A stretch of DNA of 64,000 bases. Source: Haliotis rubra (taxonomy: Eukaryota). Each line of letters starts with the position of its first letter. The stretch's first letter is position 1. The notes under the pieces are model-generated. The model had not been told where the DNA came from. It searched no databases and saw only the letters and a list, made by a program, of their open reading frames with translations. The position numbers and the translations under genes were made by a program. This document shows, one piece after another, positions 1 through 12,291 of this stretch. The stretch spans positions 434,001-498,000 of the forward strand of contig NW_025767053.1 in NCBI RefSeq assembly GCF_003918875.1, in the 5' to 3' direction.

Positions 1-110
1 GTGATCACCCTCCTGTTTCGGCTCTGTACCACCTCGGTGACGGTGTAGTAACCGGTGGAGTTGAGGATGACGGGGTTGATGCTGAAGTCACCCACGTACT
101 GCCAGCGCAA
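1..110 (-). CDS. Ig-domain gene A, coding exon 3 (runs off the window): LRWQYVGDFSINPVILNSTGYYTVTEVVQSRNRRVI
   Basis: Acceptor gtctgtgcag| on the - strand at 120..111. Phase 0 matches exon 2. Supplies the Ig C-strand Trp after the exon-2 Cys. Confidence 0.8.
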   Translation of the reverse strand, partial: MRWQYVGDFSINPVILNSTGYYTVTEVVQSRNRRVI

Positions 111-477
111 CTGCACAGACAAGTCGTCCCGATTAACATCGTTGTTTACATACTAAACAGTGTACGGACCGTGTAGCTTAACTCAATAGCAATCAGCCGG
201 AATGGTCTCACCATTTTACATCTTTTAAAAATATATTTTAAAAGTCTTTTGGAAAAAGTATATTTAAAAAACAATTGTTCCGAAATATACAGTAAAATTC
301 CGCTGTGTCGAATCTGAAGGGAGGTAAGCTAAACATTCGTGTTACCCGAGGTTTGATACAACCCAAAAAGATGGATAATGAGGAACACTTACTTCGAGAC
401 AACCCTATATTCAACAAGGTCCGACACAACAGTGCTTAACTGTAACGGAAAACTATGTTGTTATGTTTTAATAATTT

Positions 478-2090
478 CGAGCTGTTTTGAAACTAACGGA
501 GAAGCATGAAGCACACTTTTCTCTCTGTTACTGGGACGGTGGGGTAGCCTAATGGTTAAAGTGTTTGCTCGTCACGCCAAATCTGGAGCTGTTTTGAAAC
601 TAACGGACATTTCCATGAAGCACACATTTCTCTCTGTTACTGGGACGGTGGGGTAGCCTAATGGTTAAAGTGTTCGCTCGTCACGCCAAATCTGGAGCTG
701 TTTTGAAACTAACGGACATGTCCATGAAGCACACATTTCTCTCTGTTACTGGGACGGTGGGGTAGCCTAATGGTTAAAGTGTTTGCTCGTCACGCCAAAT
801 CTGGAGCTGTTTTGAAAATAACGGACATGTCCATGAAGCACACATTTCTCTCTGTTACTGGGACGGTGGGGTAGCCTAATGGTTAAAGTGTTTGCTTGTC
901 ACGCCAAATCTGGAGCTGTTTTGAAACTAACGGACATGTCCATGAAGCACACATTTCTCTCTGTTACTGGGACGGTGGGGTAGCCTTAATGGTTAAAGTG
1001 TTTGCTCGTCACGCCAAATCTGGAGCTGTTTTGAAACTAACGGACATGTCCATGAAGCACATTTTTCTCTGTTACTGGGACGGTGGGGTAGCCTAATGGT
1101 TAAAGTGTTTGCTCGTCACGCCAAATCTGGAGCTGTTTTGAAACTAACGGACATGTCCATGAAGCACACATTTCTCTCTGTTACTGGGACGGTGGGGTAG
1201 CCTAATGGTTAAAGTGTTTGCTCGTCACGCCAAATCTGGAGCTGTTTTGAAACTAACGGACATGTCCATGAAGCACACATTTTCTCTGTTACTGGGACGG
1301 TGGGGTAGCCTAATGGTTAAAGTGTTTGCTCGTCACGCCAAATCTGGAGCTGTTTTGTAACTAACGGACATGTCCATGAAGCACACATTTCTCTGTTACT
1401 GGGACGGTGGGGTAGCCTAATGGTTAAAGTGTTCGCTCGTCACGCCAAATCTGGAGCTGTTTTGAAACTAACGGACATGTCCATGAAGCACACTTTTCTC
1501 TCTGTTACTGGGACGGTGGGGTAGCCTAATGGTTAAAGTGTTTGCTTGTCACGCCAAATCTGGAGCTGTTTTGAAACTAACGGACATGTCCATGAAGCAC
1601 ACATTTCTCTCTGTTACTGGGACGGTGGGGTAGCCTAATGGTTAAAGTGTTTGCTTGTCACGCCAAATCTGGAGCTGTTTTGAAACTAACGGACATGTCC
1701 ATGAAGCACACATTTCTCTCTGTTACTGGGACGGTGGGGTAGCCTAATGGTTAAAGTGTTCGCTCGTCACGCCAAATCTGGAGCTGTTTTGAAACTAACG
1801 GACATGTCCATGAAGCACACATTTTCTCTCTGTTACTGGGACGGTGGGGTAGCCTAATGGTTAAAGTGTTTGCTTGTCACGCCAAATCTGGAGCTGTTTT
1901 GAAACTAACGGACATGTCCATGAAGCACACATTTCTCTCTGTTACTGGGACGGTGGGGTAGCCTAATGGTTAAAGTGTTTGCTTGTCACGCCAAATCTGG
2001 AGCTGTTTTGAAACTAACGGACATGTCCATGAAGCACACATTTCTCTCTGTTACTGGGACGGTGGGGTAGCCTAATGGTTAAAGTGTTCG
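478..2090 (+). repeat. Tandem array, ~109-bp unit x ~15, each unit containing the 5' head of the tRNA-derived SINE
   Basis: GGGACGGTGGGGTAGCCTAATGGTTAAAG recurs at 533, 642, 751 ... 2056. Confidence 0.95.
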
Positions 2091-2244
2091 ATCGACACTC
2101 CGAAGGCCCAGGTTTGATTCCTAACATGGTTACAATATGTGAAGCTGATTTCTTGTGAAGCCGTGATAGTGCCGGAATATTGCTAAACGCAGCGTAAAGC
2201 CTAAATCACTCATTCACTCACTCACTCACTCACTCACTCACTCA
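2056..2244 (+). mobile_element. tRNA-derived SINE (family 1), diverged, with (ACTC)n tail; terminates the 109-bp array
   Basis: A box, degenerate B box (GGTTTGATTCC), GGAATATTGCTAAA tail and ACTC repeats. Confidence 0.85.
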
Positions 2245-2248
2245 TTAC

Positions 2249-2406
2249 CTGAACATCTTTGATCCCGTCTATACCGGTCACTACACACTCTAGCTCCACG
2301 GTCTTTCCCACGGCTGCTACTAAACGCGTTCCATTTCCGTTGGGGATGCGAACAGTGGGAACAGCCTGCGCCACCAGCAGGGTCAACGACGACACCACCA
2401 ACAACT
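2249..2406 (-). CDS. Ig-domain gene A, coding exon 2: end of signal peptide plus first half of Ig (ELLVVSSLTLLVAQAVPTVRIPNGNGTRLVAAVGKTVELECVVTGIDGIKDVQ)
   Basis: Acceptor gtgtttcag|, donor CAG|gtaatg. 158 nt, phase 1 to 0. Hydrophobic stretch followed by the Ig motif GKTVELEC. Confidence 0.85.
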
Positions 2407-2459
2407 CTGAAACACGGAACATGCAACAATGAATGTGTATCCTCGTACAACACTTAATG

Positions 2460-3377
2460 TATAAACACAAAAGGGTATCGCATCAACTATGATATTTAAC
2501 CCCCATATAGTTATTTATATTCATATCATAATCATGTTTATTTGTATGATTATTTTAACACTCCTTACTTTGATTTTAGATATATGCTTGCAGAGATCGA
2601 ATTCAAGCATCACTTGCAATACGTGAACCTGTCACAAAGCAAACGGATCCTACAGATCAATTACGAGGAAAACAGCAGTGGATTTCGTTGTTGAAAAACA
2701 AATATGGGCCTCCTCAGCCGACAAGTGTTCGAAGAACTGTGTATGCGGAATGCTGGCATGTCAATTGGGGCTATTGCGTGACTGACCAGCAACCATCAGC
2801 AAACCAATGCAGGACAACCCCGAGCGCGTTCCTTAGATGCATCTCATCAGCAACTCCACCTTCAATCCAGATCAATCCTGATCTCAGTCCCATTGAGCAT
2901 GTCTGGAACATTATGAGCCTCACAGTAGGCCAGAGACATCCCCATTGATGCATTGGAACACGCCCTCCATCAAGAATAAACCGCAATACCCCAACGTCAA
3001 ATTCAACGTCCGATAGAGTCATTGAGGAGGAGGGCGAGGGTTGTTCTTACAGTTGGCGGTGGGTACACCAGATATTGGCAATGCGTTCTGTTATTGATAC
3101 TTATCTGATTTCTTGAAGATTTTATGCCATAATCTTGAAAATGACTTATACGATCATACTTATCAACATTACAAAATGAATACTTTTTACCATGTTTGCT
3201 TCTGTGGCAAAACCTGTTTTTCTTTCACCTTGTCTTAAGATTTGTTATTTAGTTATTCCACGAATGTCAGTTTATCGAGATAGTGATTTGAGATTTGGAT
3301 ACTTTCCTTTGGCTATGGTAACATACTGAAACTATGGAAAATATGGGATGTTGCGATACTTGTATCCATGTGTATAT
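2460..3377 (+). mobile_element. Degenerate, internally deleted Tc1/mariner element
   Basis: PDLSPIEHVW motif at ~2877-2906. Weak terminal inverted match (gtatcgcatca / tgttgcgatac). Boundaries approximate. Confidence 0.55.
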
Positions 3378-3660
3378 AACTTTGATCACAAATGTACTCT
3401 TTACATCTCATGGAATGTGTCTGGACGGATAACGGCGACTGGTTGTTCTCTGACAGTGACCCTTGATGTATCAACAGATTATTCCCAGGAACTGGGTTAC
3501 AGGAGATAACTGCATAATTCGTGCTGACTTCACGGTTATACCGCTGGCGTATATGATATAGAAGGTCTGACGTTAATTCAGCGTTGGCGTGTCAGTAATT
3601 CTAGCTAACATCCAGTCAGCGCACACGTCTTTACGTCACAGCAGTATATGGAAGAAAGGA

Positions 3661-3873
3661 GTGAGTGAGTTGAGCTTTACGCCGCACTCTGTAAATAATC
3701 GAGTCTGGACCAGACAATCCAGTTATCAACAGCAGGAGCATCGATTTGCGCAATTGGGAACCGATGACATGTGTCAACCAAGTCAGCGAGCCCGACCACC
3801 CGATCCCGTTAGTCGCCTATTTCCACATGCATAGGTTACTGAAGGCCAATATTCTAACCCGGACCTTCACGGG
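3661..3873 (-). mobile_element. SINE-like family 2 copy with 12-bp TSD TGGAAGAAAGGA
   Basis: Matches the other copies at 7.6, 37.3, 39.7, 41.5, 54.7 and 58.8 kb. TSD at 3649..3660 and 3878..3889. Confidence 0.85.
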
Positions 3874-4619
3874 TCAGTGGAAGAAAGGAAGCCACCTTGT
3901 GTGGAAGAAAAACGAACTGTCGCCTACCGCGTCAAGGACACTCAATATTCAGAATATAATGTACACCCATGTTGAGGTCATGCACACACCCCGGAGTAAT
4001 GGAGTTTGGAGTGTGGGAACGGGTGTTCGGATTCGTTTGTTCATTTCCTCGCTGAAATTTTAATATAACCGAGAACGTGACATGTGTACAACAGACACGA
4101 CGTATAACCATATGTGCCATTACTTATACACACGTCACGAGTCATTCACACATTCACGAGGGGTGTGTGAAGATGCCCGCGGGTCTTGAGGAGCTGATGA
4201 ACATTGTGTGTTACTTTCTGATCCCCTTCGGGCTGGAGATCGGAGAGCATACACTGACACAGAGGCTTCATCAACCCTGCACACTGACTAAGAGTCACAT
4301 CAACCCAAGACTACCACCTAGTCTCTGAAATGACTATAATTTACACACACAAAAACAATAGGTCTTACGTTATGTTAATAATCTCCAAAAGGAAAACTGA
4401 AGAAGTTTAGACTTGCCATACATTCTAGACTTGCATGGTCTTTCTTGGATATATTTGTTTCAGGGTCTGTATGACAGACTACACCAAGCCTAGAAATCCG
4501 AGAACAATTATCAACGCAAGGGGTACATCAGGTGTTCTCCCATGACGCAGACAGGCAGTTCGCAGACGCCTTAAAACAACAACATTTACGGTTCAATGAA
4601 CAGATTAGCTACTACATCA

Positions 4620-4881
4620 TAGAGGGTACATCAAAACTAGAGATCCGAGAATATTGAATAACATAGAGGGTACATCAAAACTAGAGATCCGAGAATATTG
4701 AATACTAGTAACATAGAGGGTACATCAAAACTAGAGATCCGAGAATATTGAATAACATAGAGGGTACATCAAAACTAGAGATCCGAGAACATTGAATAAC
4801 ATAGAGGGTACATCAAAACTAGAGATCCGAGAACATTGAATAACATAGAGGGTACATCAAAACTAGAGATCCGAGAACATT
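4620..4881 (+). repeat. Tandem array, 44-bp unit x ~6
   Basis: TAGAGGGTACATCAAAACTAGAGATCCGAGAATATTGAATAACA repeated. Confidence 0.9.
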
Positions 4882-6610
4882 ATTTTACCTCTGAGGGCAC
4901 ATTAAGCCAAGAAATCCAAGAACACTATTATAACACAGAAGGTACATGAACCCAAACAGTCAACATCAGTAACATCAGCCAAGGTTGACTGCTTCAGGTA
5001 ATACCTGTACCTTTACCTGTCGTACACACAACAACAATGCGTAAGTGCACACGTACCAGTAGAGTAACTACCCCTTTATTTGTACATCGCTGACCTCCAC
5101 GGCTTTTCCTTTGCCGAGCTTACTGTCTAGCCAATTATGTTAATTATGTTGTGTTTTATATATACATCCCCTCCTCTTCTTGATGTTCTGTATCGAAACG
5201 TCGCACTCACGTTATAAAAGAAGTTGTTATCCATAAAGTGTGTTCAAATTTGTATGTCCTAACTTCTAAAATGACACTTAGAGAAGCAACGCCTTATTGT
5301 TATTTTTACATAGAGGGTACATGAAGCCTAGAGATCCTAGTTTGGACTAAAGAAGCAGGTGGAAAGTAGAAAACACCAATCACTGTATAGCTAGCATGAG
5401 GTTAATTACTATACATATAATCCCTGAACTTTCCTTGCCTTCTAATCCATCATCACGATAGGCGTGATGTACGGGAGCATTTGAAGCCTTGTGTGTGCAC
5501 ACACTGTGGTAATCCAATGCGCATATTTGACGTGAAGTAATTACTTTCATACCTGTCGTCCTCTATAGCCAGATAATGACAGCCAACGGTTGACTGCTTC
5601 AGGTAATATCTTGGCACTTATACCTGCGGTGTTAAACGCTCTGATGCCCACACACAACAAAGCCTAAGTGCACAGGTAGCAGTAGTGATCACGGATAATG
5701 GCTGTCCAATGGCGGAATGCGACCTCTGGGTAGTAAAACCTTCGGCCATGGCCATGGAATTGAGAAGTTACATAACCTTGAACATATATGTTTGATTTAT
5801 CTATGAAAGTATGAGCAATGAGCTAGTTCTTGATACCAAACATGTCAGTTAAAACAAACCCTGACACCTCGTATCATTATAGCATACAACACCTGGTGTC
5901 ATGACCCATCTTCCGACATCATCAACCATCCATCCTTACAATGCATCACCCTATTCCACATCTTATATCCAACGAAATCCTCCCTTGAAAACCATTTTCC
6001 AGTTCCTCAACCATCCTCTATTCAAATCCAAACCTACTTCACTCTCTCCCAGTATTTCTGTACCATCACACTTTAGGATCAAGATGCCATAGCCTGCAAT
6101 TTTCCTTACACAAATAATAGTTCAAACATGGATCAACATCTTATTGAGAATATCGCAAATGCCGACAAAGCATCGTAAAAGCGGACAAAACATCATAATG
6201 GAAGACAAAACATCGTAGAGGCAGACAAAACGTCGTAGAGGCGGATAAAACATCGGACCATGCAGCGGAAACTGGCCCTTCCCACTCCGACACGCACACA
6301 CACACCGTGACACGCTGATCCCGAGGGGAGGGGGCAGCAGGACACTGACGTCAGTCCCCCAGGGATGCTCCAATATGGCTGCTACATCATCAAAGGTCTT
6401 TACAGTGCACCACCAACAGCGAGAGTGACGCGTTTCTATGAGGTCACGGTTTATTACTGTACTTGATATATAATAAAATGTGAACAATTCAGTTTTGCAA
6501 TATTTTGTCTTGAGTTTATGTGTCAGTATGACCTGTGTAAAATACTGCTAACGTATGCTGATCACAATAAGTTACATATAAGAAGAGTATATGGATGGCA
6601 ACTTCTTCTT

Positions 6611-6700
6611 ATAACACGGCGTTTCTGGGCTATTTCTTGCCCCTTCTTCATCACCAGAAGAAGGGGCAAGAAGTAGCCCAGAAACGCCCGCTCGTGTTAT
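6611..6700. repeat. Near-perfect palindrome (32-bp arms, 7-nt loop) made of Penelope-type hammerhead-like motifs
   Basis: 6618..6649 is the reverse complement of 6657..6688 with one mismatch. The palindrome is seen directly; the Penelope assignment is inference. Confidence 0.7.
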
Positions 6701-7588
6701 TCACCATCTTCTAAATGCCTCTCAAGGATCTCAAAATAAGTGAAAGTACACACATTATTTCACATTACTGTAGATATTATGTCCTGTCTGTACTGACACG
6801 GTGTTCGGGTAGTACAACATTCCGTCATTGATTGGTCCGCAGTTGTTGTAAAGACATCGCACTCTGTGACCACGACTCCAGAAATATCCAAGTCAGTCAG
6901 GTGATAAGCGACATACATGCTCTACCATTGTCTAAATTGTTGTACCACTTGCACACTCTGTGACATGATGCTACATACGATGCTACCTAGGTAAACATGA
7001 ACTAAACCATAATTTGCTAAAGATCAAAATTTGATGGATGAAAGATGTCATCCAAGAAATAAAGACTGAAATATCCAGGACACAATGATAGGGTAGCACC
7101 CAGCTCTAAGACCTCAGTATTGCGATGGATGGACGGGGGTGTGCAGTCATGGGTACGATCTGCTAGAAAACTGTTTGGTTGGATCGTGACGGAATCGTTG
7201 CACATCAACATCAGGGAGTACAGCAACAGTTGGTACGGGGGATTGTAGGACATGGACACATGTATGTCTTTTTGGTGTGAAAAAGGTCGCTTAACGAACG
7301 AAGAATTAATCATTGTTTGATGGGCATTCTAGAACGAAATTCTACATCGAAACGTCGCTCTATGCAATAAATAAGAATTTGCATCTCGCTGTGCATAGTT
7401 ACGTCCCTTAATCGTGACAGGATCCGCTAGCAGAATCTGGGATACGAATCAGTTAACATTGCGAGTTGGTCATTTTGAACTCACCACCTCTACTAACCTA
7501 CCTCCGTGATATGCACGGGGTATCTGAAATACTAATCAACTCTCAAACCAAATGATCGGGTCGATAGTAAATACTTCCATTTCTGTAA

Positions 7589-7813
7589 CTCGTGAAGGTC
7601 TTCAGCAACCCATGCTTGTCGTAAGGAGCAACTGGCAGGATCGGGTGGTCAGGCTCGCTGACTTGGTTGACACATGTTACCGCATCCCAACTGCATAGAT
7701 CGATGCTCATGTTGTTGATCACTGGATTGTCTGGTCCAGTCTCGATTATTTACAGACCGTCGCCATACAACTGAAATGTTGCTGAGTGCGGCGTAAAACT
7801 AAACTCACTCACT
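7589..7813 (+). mobile_element. SINE-like family 2 copy
   Basis: CAACCCATGCTTGTCGTAAG...GCTGAGTGCGGCGTAAAACTAAACTCACTC. Confidence 0.85.
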
Positions 7814-8095
7814 CCTTTTCTGTCCATTCGTTTATAGCTTAATGGTGTTTTAATCTATGATTTTCTGTACATATGGTACGAAATATGTCCCTGCAAATAT
7901 GCACACTGGTTGACTGACAGAAGCAAAAGGCCATGCAGGCTGGTACACTATAGGTGGTAAACATAGGCCCCGGGACAAGCTGTGATGATGGATTGACAAC
8001 AACAGTGTGGATGACGGGCGCCTTTGTTTGTGTGTCAGGGGATTGTGATACATGCAGCAATTCACCTTCCCGTGCACTGTGCTATGTTGAGAGAA

Positions 8096-9850
8096 ATTGG
8101 CTATATGTACTATGCTACATGGTGTATGACTGGCTGTATGCGCTATGCTATATGACTGGCTGTATGCGCTATGCTATATGACTGGCTATGTGTACTATGC
8201 TATATGGCGTATGACTGGCTATATGTTCTATGCTGTATGACTGGCTATATATACTATGCTATATGGCGTATGACTGGCTATGTGTACTATGCTATATGGC
8301 GTATGACTGGCTATATGTGCTATGCTATATGACTGGCTATATGTGCTATGCTATATGGTGTATGACTGGCTATATGTGCTACGCTATATGACTGGCTATG
8401 TGTACTATGCTATATGGCGTATGACTGGCTATATGTGCTATGCTGTATGACTGGCTATGTGTACTATGCTATATGGCGTATGACTGGCTATATGTGCTAT
8501 GCTATATGACTGGCTATATGTGCTATGCTATATCGTTTATGACTGGCTATATGTCCTACGCTATATGACTGGCTATGTGTACTATGCTATATGGCGTATG
8601 ACTGGCTATATGTGCTATGCTGTATGACTGGCTATGTGTACTATGCTATATGGCGTATGACTGGCTATATGTGCTATGCTATATGACTGGCTATGTGTAC
8701 TATGCTATATGGCGTATGACTGGCTATATGTGCTACGCTATATGACTGGCTATGTGTGCTATGCTATATGACTGGCTATGTGTACTATGCTATATGGTGT
8801 ATGTCTGGGTATATGTGCTATGCTATATGACTGGCTATATGTGCTATGCTATATGACTGGCTATGTGTACTATGCTATATGGCGTATGACTGGCTATATG
8901 TGCTATGCTATATGACTGGCTATGTGTACTATGCTATATGGCGTATGACTGGCTATATGTGCTATGCTATATGACTGGCTATGTGTACTATGCTATATGG
9001 CGTATGACTGGCTATATGTGCTACGCTATATGACTGGCTATATGTGCTATGCTATATGACTGGCTATATGTGCTACGCTATATGACTGGCTATGTGTGCT
9101 ATGCTATATGGTGTATGGCTGGCTATATGTGCTATGCTATATGACTGGCTATATGTGCTATGCTATATGACTGGCTATGTGTACTATGCTATATGGTGTA
9201 TGACTGGCTATATGTGCTATGCTATATGACTGGCTATATGTTCTATGCTATATGACTGGCTATGTGTACTATGCTATACGGCGTATGACTGGCTATATGT
9301 TCTATGCTGTATGACTGGCTATATGTGCTATGCTATATGACTGGCTATATGTTCTATGCTGTATGACTGGCTGTATGTTCTATGCTGTATGACTGGCTAT
9401 ATGTTCTATGCTGTATGACTGGCTATATGTTCTATGCTGTATGACTGGCTATATGGGCTATGCTATATGACTGGCTATATGTTCTATGCTATATGACTGG
9501 CTATATGTTCTATGCTGTATGACTGGCTATATGTTCTATGCTGTATGACTGGCTATATGTTCTATGCTGTATGACTGGCTATATGGGCTATGCTATATGA
9601 CTGGCTATATGTTCTATGCTGTATGACTGGCTATATGTTCTATGCTGTATGACTGGCTATATGGGCTATGCTATATGACTGGCTATATGTTCTATGCTAT
9701 ATGACTGGCTATATGTTCTATGCTGTATGACTGGCTATATGTTCTATGCTATATGACTGGCTATATGTTCTATGCTATATGACTGGCTATATGTGCTATG
9801 CTATATGACTGGCTATATGTGCTATGATATATGGTGCATGGCTGCCTATG
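8096..9850 (+). repeat. Minisatellite with 26-bp and 33-bp units (TATGACTGGCTATATGTGCTATGCTA[TATGGCG])
   Basis: Direct inspection. Confidence 0.95.
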
Positions 9851-11517
9851 TTCTATATGCTATATAATGTATAAGTGTCAGTTATATGCTGTACTATGTA
9901 CGACTTTGAGCTGTATGCCATACAATGAACAAGTGTGTGCTATGCTGTGTGTCACTGACTGGCTTCTGATTGTGTATATCATGTCCAGTTAGATGATTGT
10001 GAGTTCAGAACGGTACAATGTAGCAGTCGATGCACGTTGATGTGTGTAAAATACGGATGGCTAATCGTATTAGGAATCTATTGTATAACATATATTATAC
10101 CTTAACTGAGTATCAGATGAATGGATTTTGTGTCTCGTTTCCAGAAAGATGGATACAGCCTTTCGTGGCTTGAGGCTTTCTGTTGCTGTTCACTACAACA
10201 CACGGCGCGTAAATAAATCTCATTCTTCCTCTTTTATTTACGCAAGTGACTATATTGAGAGTTGGAAATTAAATATTCATCAACATCGGCTACAAGAAAC
10301 AGTAATTGGTGATCGTCATGCTCTGGTTACAGCTGAGCAGCAGCTACGGGTTCACAATGCTGGGACGTTAGGAACAACGTTCAACTAGATCTTAAGACGA
10401 CCAAAAACAGAATAAACGTTTTTATATAATCACAAAATCGGAAGTATGATCCTTGAAATGAATAATCATATTATATATCACGACTTTCAGACAGTATCCA
10501 AGCATTTAGTCAGTATTGACCAATCAGTGTTTGGTGATAGAGGGTTGACGTGAAGTTACTTTAACAAAGATGTCTCTCTTTACGGGTTGATCTGACTTGA
10601 GCTGTTCGCTGTTTTTATTTTTTGTTTGAAATATATCATCTGGTGATCGAATGTGTCATCTGCCTTGATGTGTGATCTGATTGGCCATCATAAGACACAG
10701 TGATCATACACCAACATTATGTCTGGTCAAGGAAGCATAACGTGTCTTCGGTCATTTTTCCTTACATTGGATACAGACACAGGTCTTACTTGTGTGATTG
10801 TGATGATATTTACGATGTGTATTTACGTCCGAAGTGTGACCCTTTGTTGGGCCAAGTCGGTCAGTCATACACCAAGCACCAGTACACCTGAACCAATGTG
10901 TGTAAACGCTCTATTAGCCAGTGAAGTGATTCTTTCATGGTCAGACATGTCCTTAACGCTGTTGTATGTTCGTGTAGAGTCCGACTCGGCGCCGTCCAAT
11001 AGAATTGCACGTTTGGGCGACGGAGATTATTAGGGAATACCGTCAGATTAAATGTGTGCTAGAAATCAGACAAAAGTAACATTACCTGTAAGGGCTATAA
11101 TTTGCGCATGATTTGTTTCGTGAACTATGTGTTTACTTCAGTCATATTGCGTGCATTTAAACACATTTAGAACTGATGCGCGCGAGTGTGTGTGTGTGTG
11201 TGTGTGTTTGAATACATCTCCGTGAGCGTTCTAAGCAATAGTTGACACAGAAATAGTCATTATTGACATGCAGGTATAACAAAGCTGTAGCACGAGCATG
11301 TGATAAAGACAATGATATGTTCAAGTTTTTAGCCTCGTGAGACGTCTAATTTGAACAGTAATGGATTTTTTAAAAACCCAATGTCGGAAATAAACCACAG
11401 TCGTTGCTATGTTGCCTTTTCCGATATTGCCTACTTTTTCACCAGCGAAAAAATCACCATGCAGTTGTCAAATAATTCTTCACACAATCATACAAAAACC
11501 ATGACACAACATCTTAC

Positions 11518-11539
11518 CTGGCAACAGACCTGGGTGCAT
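11518..11539 (-). CDS. Ig-domain gene A, putative coding exon 1 (MHPGLLP + 1 nt)
   Basis: ATG CAC CCA GGT CTG TTG CCA G|gtaaga is a strong phase-1 donor. It joins exon 2 in frame to give a plausible signal peptide. Confidence 0.65.
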
Positions 11540-12291
11540 CTTGTTCACGTCACTATACAACGTTAAAAGTAATATTCCGCGTGCAGTACTCCACTCGCCG
11601 ACACCCGTTCACCACACACCCGCCTCTCGGCGCTAGACTGCAGCTAGATGTGGACAACTGTGTGATCACCCTGTGTCACCCCTCACCTCAGAAGTCGAGA
11701 ACCGGTTAGCACAGATCACTGAAGCATGAATGAATAGAAAGACAGTCCTGTCGATTACAAAAGAATGCCCGGGCGCATTTTATCCAGGCCCGCAGGCGAT
11801 GTCGGAGTTGTATCCAACAGGTTTCCGTGGCACCTAGATTTACCCAATTTGACGCTCTGTTGTGTCAAGAAGGGGTGTTTGTCTTGCAGTGTACAAGGTG
11901 GACTACAGACGTCGTGTTGGTACAAGCATATTGTCATGGTCTAATTAAACCTGTTTTGTTAAGACATTATTGCATTATAGAGTTAATTTGATTCAGACGA
12001 GATGCTCTGTTGATTCAGCAAGCGATATGTTTCTTACAGGACAAGAATTAGTGATGTGTTGGTACAAGCAAATTGCCGTGGGGGTAATTAAAACTTATTT
12101 GTTTCAAAGACGAACCATGTCGCTAATGTTCAGACGTTATTGAATCCTTTATAAATATCTTGTCATAAAAAACGATGTTATTAATATGTTTAAAAAGTGT
12201 TGTTGAAAAGAAAAAAACAAATATGGATAGCTATTTCATGACATATACTCTTTCATTTGTTCTAGACATGTCAGTCCCTAGTGGTACCCAA

